Both the position numbers and the translations under genes were made by a program. Below the pieces are notes generated by a model that saw nothing but the letters and a program-made list of their open reading frames with translations, was not told where the DNA came from and ran no database searches. From the NCBI GenBank assembly GCA_001276605.1, contig JXSN01000001.1:1-47002 (forward strand): a stretch of 47,002 nucleotides of DNA, given 5' to 3'. Shown here one piece after another: positions 42,093-47,002 of the stretch. The DNA comes from Achromatium sp. WMS2 (GTDB lineage: Bacteria; Pseudomonadota; Gammaproteobacteria; Chromatiales; Chromatiaceae). The number at the start of each line of letters is the position of its first letter. Position 1 is the first letter of the stretch.

Positions 42093-42240
42093 AATGCCTC
42101 CAGCCGACGCGTATATTTCCAAGATCTTGCTCTTAGGTACGATTAAAGTAGCGTAATCGCACGTTTTTTTATTAACGCCAACTTGGATTAGGCTTAATGA
42201 TTATCGTTACGCTTATCCAAAAAGAATTTTAAGGAAATAA

Positions 42241-44112
42241 CTACGCAGCTTCTAACTTGTGTAACCGTAGTGTAAAAAAGAAAGTACTTCCGGATCCGGA
42301 CTGAGTTTTAACCCAAATGCGTCCACCATGTTGCTCAATGATATGTTTGCATATGGCCAAACCAGCTCCCGTACCAGGATAAGTATCTTTAGCATGAAGC
42401 TTTTTAAACATCAAAAAAATTTGCCCAGTAAGACCTGGATCAAAACCAATGCCATTATCACTTATTGATATAACACATTCATTACTCGTTACTTCTACTC
42501 CAATATGCACGCGTGGAACAACATTTTTTTGAGCGTATTTGATTGCATTATCCAGAATATTAGTAAATACAAATTCTATCAAATGGCAGTCGATATATGC
42601 TGCTGGTAGAGGATCTTTACTAATGATAGTACCAGTGGCCGAAATCCTTTCTTGAATGTTTGCAAGTGCTATGTTCAAGGGAATATCTAGAGCAGTTATT
42701 ACATAATCACCTGGTTTAGAGCCAATTTTAGCATATATCAACATATCTCGCGTCATTTCCTTCATATTTTGCACGCTTTCCTGAATAAAATCAATGAATT
42801 CATTTGCATCCTTATCCAACTGCTCCCGATAATGACTATTCAGCAGTTGTAAATAAGGCTGTATAACATCCAGAGGTTCATTAAGATCGTGCGAAGCGAT
42901 ATAAGCAAATTGGCGTAATTCTTCATTATAAAGCTTAAGTGCAGCATTTTTTTCTGCTAAAATATCCTTACTTTTACTTAATTCCGTAGTCATGGCTTTG
43001 GCTAATTCCTCAGCCCGTTTTTGCTGCCTAGATATGGAACCGATTATAACAAATAACAGCAAATCAACTACCATTCCGCCAATAGCAACTAACATTGGTT
43101 GCCCAGATTCTACGGGAGAAATATAGGACGGGTATGAAAAAAGCCTTAAGGTCCAGGTATGACCACCAAATACCAAAGGTTCGGTGGTTAAGAAATCCGG
43201 CTTTGGATTTGAAAAAACAGCATTAGTATCACTTTTATACAACAAATGTTCGGAATTAATGCTCTTGCCATCAAAGATTTCAAAACCAACATCTGCCATT
43301 CCTACTCCCAATATCCCTTGCATTAAATCTTTGATTCGAAATGGACTATACACTACACCATACCAAGAATTGCGGCGCTCGGCCACAGTTTCAAGGGGAG
43401 AGTTTTCTGTATACAGTGGCAAGTACATAAGAAAACCTTGTTGGATATCAGTTTCAGTTTCTTGGACTAATGTCACCATACCAGAAACAGCCATTAGACC
43501 AGTATCCCGAGCGCGCTCCATTGCCAACCGACGTACTGGGTTCGAAAACATGTCATAACCAAAAGCGCGTTGATTACGAAAATCAAAGGGTTCTAAATAA
43601 ATAATTGCAGTATACACAGCCCGGTTTCCTTCTGGATATATGCGATAATTATGAAAACCTTGGCTGCGAATGGCATTATTATGGACCTCTACGTCTTCGG
43701 GCTGTACCACCAGGCTATGCCCTATGCCCTGAATTCCAGGAAAATAGCGATCAATATTTAATGTATTGACATAGATATGCCATTGATCACGGCTAACATG
43801 CCCGTGATTGGCTTGAAAAAAGCCAACACCGCCGCGTAATACAGATTCGTATTCCAACATGCGCCTATTAATAGCATTTTTAATATCCGTAGACTCAAAC
43901 TTAAATCGATCCGCAGCCCTGGCCAGCATAGCTTGATTGGAAATACTCCAGGCTATCGCTGTCAATATGGTAGAAACAATCAAAATAATCCAAGCCGCGG
44001 CCGGATGATTTAACATTCGCAAACATGCACATCCTACATTATAAATACCGGTAATTATCTGCTGTACTGAAATAATTATTGAATATATTGACAGTATTGT
44101 ATGTTTATACAC
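42241..44112 (-). CDS. CHASE-domain sensor histidine kinase
   Basis: TM - CHASE (FGYDMFSNPVRRLAMERARDTG...VTLVQE) - TM - HisKA (ASHDLNEPL) - HATPase (GTGAGLAICK). The GTG at 44112 lies 1 nt after the upstream kinase stop; the alternative ATG at 44016 (MLNHPAAAW...) directly precedes TM1. Confidence 0.85.
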   Translation of the reverse strand: MYKHTILSIYSIIISVQQIITGIYNVGCACLRMLNHPAAAWIILIVSTILTAIAWSISNQAMLARAADRFKFESTDIKNAINRRMLEYESVLRGGVGFFQANHGHVSRDQWHIYVNTLNIDRYFPGIQGIGHSLVVQPEDVEVHNNAIRSQGFHNYRIYPEGNRAVYTAIIYLEPFDFRNQRAFGYDMFSNPVRRLAMERARDTGLMAVSGMVTLVQETETDIQQGFLMYLPLYTENSPLETVAERRNSWYGVVYSPFRIKDLMQGILGVGMADVGFEIFDGKSINSEHLLYKSDTNAVFSNPKPDFLTTEPLVFGGHTWTLRLFSYPSYISPVESGQPMLVAIGGMVVDLLLFVIIGSISRQQKRAEELAKAMTTELSKSKDILAEKNAALKLYNEELRQFAYIASHDLNEPLDVIQPYLQLLNSHYREQLDKDANEFIDFIQESVQNMKEMTRDMLIYAKIGSKPGDYVITALDIPLNIALANIQERISATGTIISKDPLPAAYIDCHLIEFVFTNILDNAIKYAQKNVVPRVHIGVEVTSNECVISISDNGIGFDPGLTGQIFLMFKKLHAKDTYPGTGAGLAICKHIIEQHGGRIWVKTQSGSGSTFFFTLRLHKLEAA

Positions 44113-44113
44113 T

Positions 44114-46606
44114 TTAAGCTGCCATTAGGGTAAAAAAGAATGTTGTACCCTGCCCCACGGTGCTTTCTAACCAGATAGTACCTCCGTGCCGCTCCACGAT
44201 TCGCTTACATAGTGCCAAACCAATACCTGTCCCCTCATATTCTTCAACATCATGTAATCTTTGAAATATAGCGAATATTTTTTCAAAAAAACGCGATTCA
44301 ATCCCAATACCATTATCCTGAACAGCAAAATGCCACAACTTCTTGAGTTTTTGTACACGAATATTGATGCGGGGGGCTTGTGTTTTATTGCGATACTTAA
44401 TTGCATTGCTTAAGATATTTTGAAATAAATGAATTAGTTGACCACGATCACCCAGCACAATTGGCCACTCATCTGGCATGGTCATGGTAGTTTTACTCTC
44501 TTCAATAGCCAAAACCAAATTCTCAATAGCCACATGAATAATTTCATAGCTATTAACCGGTAGTAAATGTTTGCCTTTGGTATTAATACGTGAAAAATCC
44601 ACTAAATCACGAATCATACACGACATGTGTTGGGTGCCGTCCGTAATAAACTCCATAAATTCTTGCGATTCACCATCAAATTTTCCCTGATTACGCTGAG
44701 CAAGTAGGTTGGCAAAGCTAGTTATCGTGCGTACTGGCTCTTGCAAATCGTGGGAGATAGTATACACAAAACGTTGCAATTCCTTGTTAGATTCCATAAG
44801 TGCCGCTTCTATCTGTTTACGAGAACTAATATTTTCCTTTACCGCAACAAAATGTGTGATTTTATTTGCAGAGTTTCTAAGAGGAGATATTGATATAGAT
44901 TCCCAGAATAATGTGCCATCTTTAGCTTTATTATGCAGCTCACCACGCCATACTTTTCCAGACAAAATGGTGTACCATAATTCCTCGTATGTAAACTGGG
45001 GCATTGTGCCAGATTTTAAAATACGCGGATTTTGACCAATTGCTTCTTTTATACTATACCCAGTTACTTCGGTAAACCTCGAATTAACATACTCAATAGC
45101 ACCTTTGCAATCAGTTATTACCACAGATGATGGATTCTGTTCGATAGCAGTTAAAAATTTGCGTAGCTCGGCTTCCAACGCCAGACGTTGCGTAATATCC
45201 CTAAATACTACCACGGCCCCTATAATTTGATCATCGTCTACAACCGGCGCACTAGTGTATTCCACAGGAAAATAACTACCATCTTTGCGCCAAAATATAT
45301 CATCGGCTGAATGGTGAACTTCGCCATCCTCAATAGAAATGTAAATAGGACATTGCATACGAGGATATGGAGTACCATCCGCCCTGGAGTGGTGCAAAAT
45401 ATCATGCTGATCTTGCCCATACAAGTCAGTAATTTCCCATCCCGTCATGCGTACAGTAGCATTATTTGCAAAAGTCGTAATTCCGTTTCTATCTAATCCA
45501 TAAATACCATCTCCTGCAAAATTAAGAATTAATTCATTATATTTTTTCACATATTCTAGTTCAGAAGTACGTTCATTCACTAATTCTTTTAAAATAACGC
45601 TGCGTCCAGATACTATCAACACAAAAATTCCGGTTATACCTGTTAAAAGCAAGCCTACTACAAGTATAAGCCATGCACTTGCTGAACGATTGGCGTAAAA
45701 ATATATTTGATTGGCATTTACCTCAAGACGCCATTCTCTTTGTGCAAAAGGAATATATAAGGAGTAATTTAGTTGAATATTATAATCAAATAAACGTGTA
45801 GTCTGTGTAGGAAGCTTTTGGCGTACTCCACTGGGTGAACTTACAAATAATATTTGTTTATTTGAGGGATCAGTATAATCAATTAGTTGATAATACAGCT
45901 CTTTAGTATTCATATATGATATAATTTCATTCAGAATGATTTTCTCGCGCAACACCGCCACTAAGTAGCCTTTTAGATTACGCCGACGTTCTGCCACCGT
46001 ATTATGCAACCGTCCGTGTTGATACAATGGTAGAAAGACTAAAATTCCAAACTGGTCGCCAGTTTCTTGAACTAAGCGCAACTTACCCGTGGCCACAGCT
46101 TTGTCACTATCTCGTGCTTGCTCTAAAGCATTAGATCTTTGCAGTTGCGAGGCAACATCATAGCCCAAAGCTGCTTTGTTCTCTTGGTATGGCTCTATAT
46201 ATTGAACCGGAACATACTTAGGACGTGCGGTAGCCAGCGCAAGCTGACCATTTTGATCTATTTGTTTGATATGAAAGTCGGGCAAGTTTATTTGGCGCAT
46301 GCTATCTTCAAACGCCGCACGTTGATCCGCAGTTATTAATGGATTCCAGGATAAAGCGGATAAACTTGGGAAATAAATTGATAGTCTAGAAGCAAAAATG
46401 CGAAATTCATCTTGGCTTACATGTTGGGAAGCGTCAAAAAAACTCCTTAAAGAATGCAGAGCTTCGACAACATGCGAGTAGAGAGAATGTTCAATTTGTG
46501 ATCTTAAAATTGTAATATGCTGTTCCAAGCGTAGCCTTAAATCTTTGCGTTCCCAAGCTAGGCTACTAGCTGTCATGATAATTGTGATAGACAGAACCAC
46601 TATCAA
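44114..46606 (-). CDS. CHASE - PAS - PAS sensor histidine kinase; 5' end interrupted by the fold-back junction
   Basis: CHASE (LGYDVASQLQRSNALEQARDS...LRLVQE), TM, two PAS modules, HisKA (ISHDLQEPV) and HATPase (GTGIGLALCK). The called TTG start at 46606 sits 20 nt inside the junction at 46626/46627, so the true N-terminus is probably longer. Confidence 0.8.
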   Translation of the reverse strand: MIVVLSITIIMTASSLAWERKDLRLRLEQHITILRSQIEHSLYSHVVEALHSLRSFFDASQHVSQDEFRIFASRLSIYFPSLSALSWNPLITADQRAAFEDSMRQINLPDFHIKQIDQNGQLALATARPKYVPVQYIEPYQENKAALGYDVASQLQRSNALEQARDSDKAVATGKLRLVQETGDQFGILVFLPLYQHGRLHNTVAERRRNLKGYLVAVLREKIILNEIISYMNTKELYYQLIDYTDPSNKQILFVSSPSGVRQKLPTQTTRLFDYNIQLNYSLYIPFAQREWRLEVNANQIYFYANRSASAWLILVVGLLLTGITGIFVLIVSGRSVILKELVNERTSELEYVKKYNELILNFAGDGIYGLDRNGITTFANNATVRMTGWEITDLYGQDQHDILHHSRADGTPYPRMQCPIYISIEDGEVHHSADDIFWRKDGSYFPVEYTSAPVVDDDQIIGAVVVFRDITQRLALEAELRKFLTAIEQNPSSVVITDCKGAIEYVNSRFTEVTGYSIKEAIGQNPRILKSGTMPQFTYEELWYTILSGKVWRGELHNKAKDGTLFWESISISPLRNSANKITHFVAVKENISSRKQIEAALMESNKELQRFVYTISHDLQEPVRTITSFANLLAQRNQGKFDGESQEFMEFITDGTQHMSCMIRDLVDFSRINTKGKHLLPVNSYEIIHVAIENLVLAIEESKTTMTMPDEWPIVLGDRGQLIHLFQNILSNAIKYRNKTQAPRINIRVQKLKKLWHFAVQDNGIGIESRFFEKIFAIFQRLHDVEEYEGTGIGLALCKRIVERHGGTIWLESTVGQGTTFFFTLMAA

Positions 46607-46626
46607 AGGTGCAGATACGGTAAATT
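46459..46626. repeat. Left arm of a perfect 168-bp inverted repeat
   Basis: Exact reverse complement of 46835-47002, checked base by base. Confidence 0.95.
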
Positions 46627-47002
46627 CTGAGCTTTTTTGCTTGGGGTATAGGCAGCTGTATTATTAATGCCACTGTTGGAGCCTTGATTTTACTCATTGC
46701 CGGTAGCATTCCGCAACAAAATTTTATCCTTAATTTTGCCATGTGGTGGATTGGAGATGCCACCGGCGTGTTTATTTTTACCCCATTGACCCTAGTCTGG
46801 TTGCTACGATCCCACGTCGCGTGGCAAGGCAGACAATTTACCGTATCTGCACCTTTGATAGTGGTTCTGTCTATCACAATTATCATGACAGCTAGTAGCC
46901 TAGCTTGGGAACGCAAAGATTTAAGGCTACGCTTGGAACAGCATATTACAATTTTAAGATCACAAATTGAACATTCTCTCTACTCGCATGTTGTCGAAGC
47001 TC
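46624..47002 (+). pseudogene. 5'-truncated, inverted second copy of the kinase 5' region (MASE1-like C-terminal segment + TM + start of CHASE), open to the window end
   Basis: The open + frame after TAA (46621-46623) reads ILSFFAWGIGSCIINATVGALILLIAGSIPQQNFILNFAMWWIGDATGVFIFTPLTLVWLLRSHVAWQGRQFTVSAPLIVVLSITIIMTASSLAWERKDLRLRLEQHITILRSQIEHSLYSHVVEA. It has no start codon of its own before the repeat. Confidence 0.6.
46835..47002. repeat. Right arm of the perfect inverted repeat (cut by the window end)
   Basis: Exact reverse complement of 46459-46626. Confidence 0.95.

Noticed and set aside
42140-42170. Hairpin cgatta-N8-taatcg followed by T7 between the CHASE kinase and the receiver gene
   Set aside because: The stem is only 6 AT-rich bp, and the T-tract is on the + strand, the wrong orientation to terminate the minus-strand genes. 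No + strand gene lies upstream.
46885-46900. tgggaacgca inside the kinase gene (encoding AWER) matches the REP-family core
   Set aside because: It is only a 10-nt match inside a coding frame, with none of the flanking hairpin modules. It is most likely coincidence.
46566-46916. 116-aa minus-strand ORF spanning the fold-back spacer
   Set aside because: It reads the MASE1-like spacer and part of both repeat arms in antisense. It exists only because of the inverted junction.

Overview
This window reads as a gene-dense chromosomal segment, possibly a whole contig, from a moderately AT-rich Gram-negative, gammaproteobacterium-like genome. I call about 34 protein genes, mostly on the minus strand, and recognised no rRNA or tRNA. 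Left to right: the start of the F0F1 ATP synthase operon (atpI-atpB-atpE, with atpE running off the left edge); an AMMECR1 + MEMO1-family gene pair; a 1.4-kb gene-poor stretch full of repeats; a feoB-feoC-fur iron module; citrate synthase; a cell-envelope neighbourhood (873-aa Sel1-repeat protein, PBP1C, YcbK/MepK-like M15 peptidase, YcbB/LdtD-like L,D-transpeptidase) with three uncharacterised genes upstream of the transpeptidase; gshB-apbE; a translationally coupled periplasmic-binding-protein/MCP pair; parC; pstB-phoU; an orphan 344-aa protein; cysM, trxB and topA; and a 10-kb signalling block (CXXCH-sensor GGDEF-EAL protein, fused double ABC ATPase, CheY-like receiver, two CHASE histidine kinases). 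Three non-genic structures stand out. (i) The right end is a perfect 168-bp fold-back (A'-spacer-A) that truncates the last kinase and looks like a strand-switch junction, either real or an amplification/assembly artefact. (ii) A family of composite REP/MITE-like palindromic elements occupies at least five intergenic regions. (iii) There is a two-copy CRISPR-like direct repeat. I recognised no complete mobile element, prophage, defence or secretion system. The candidates for novelty are the uncharacterised genes and the signalling block, and I cannot show that any of them is a new system. All functional calls come from motif recognition by eye; no database search was run.
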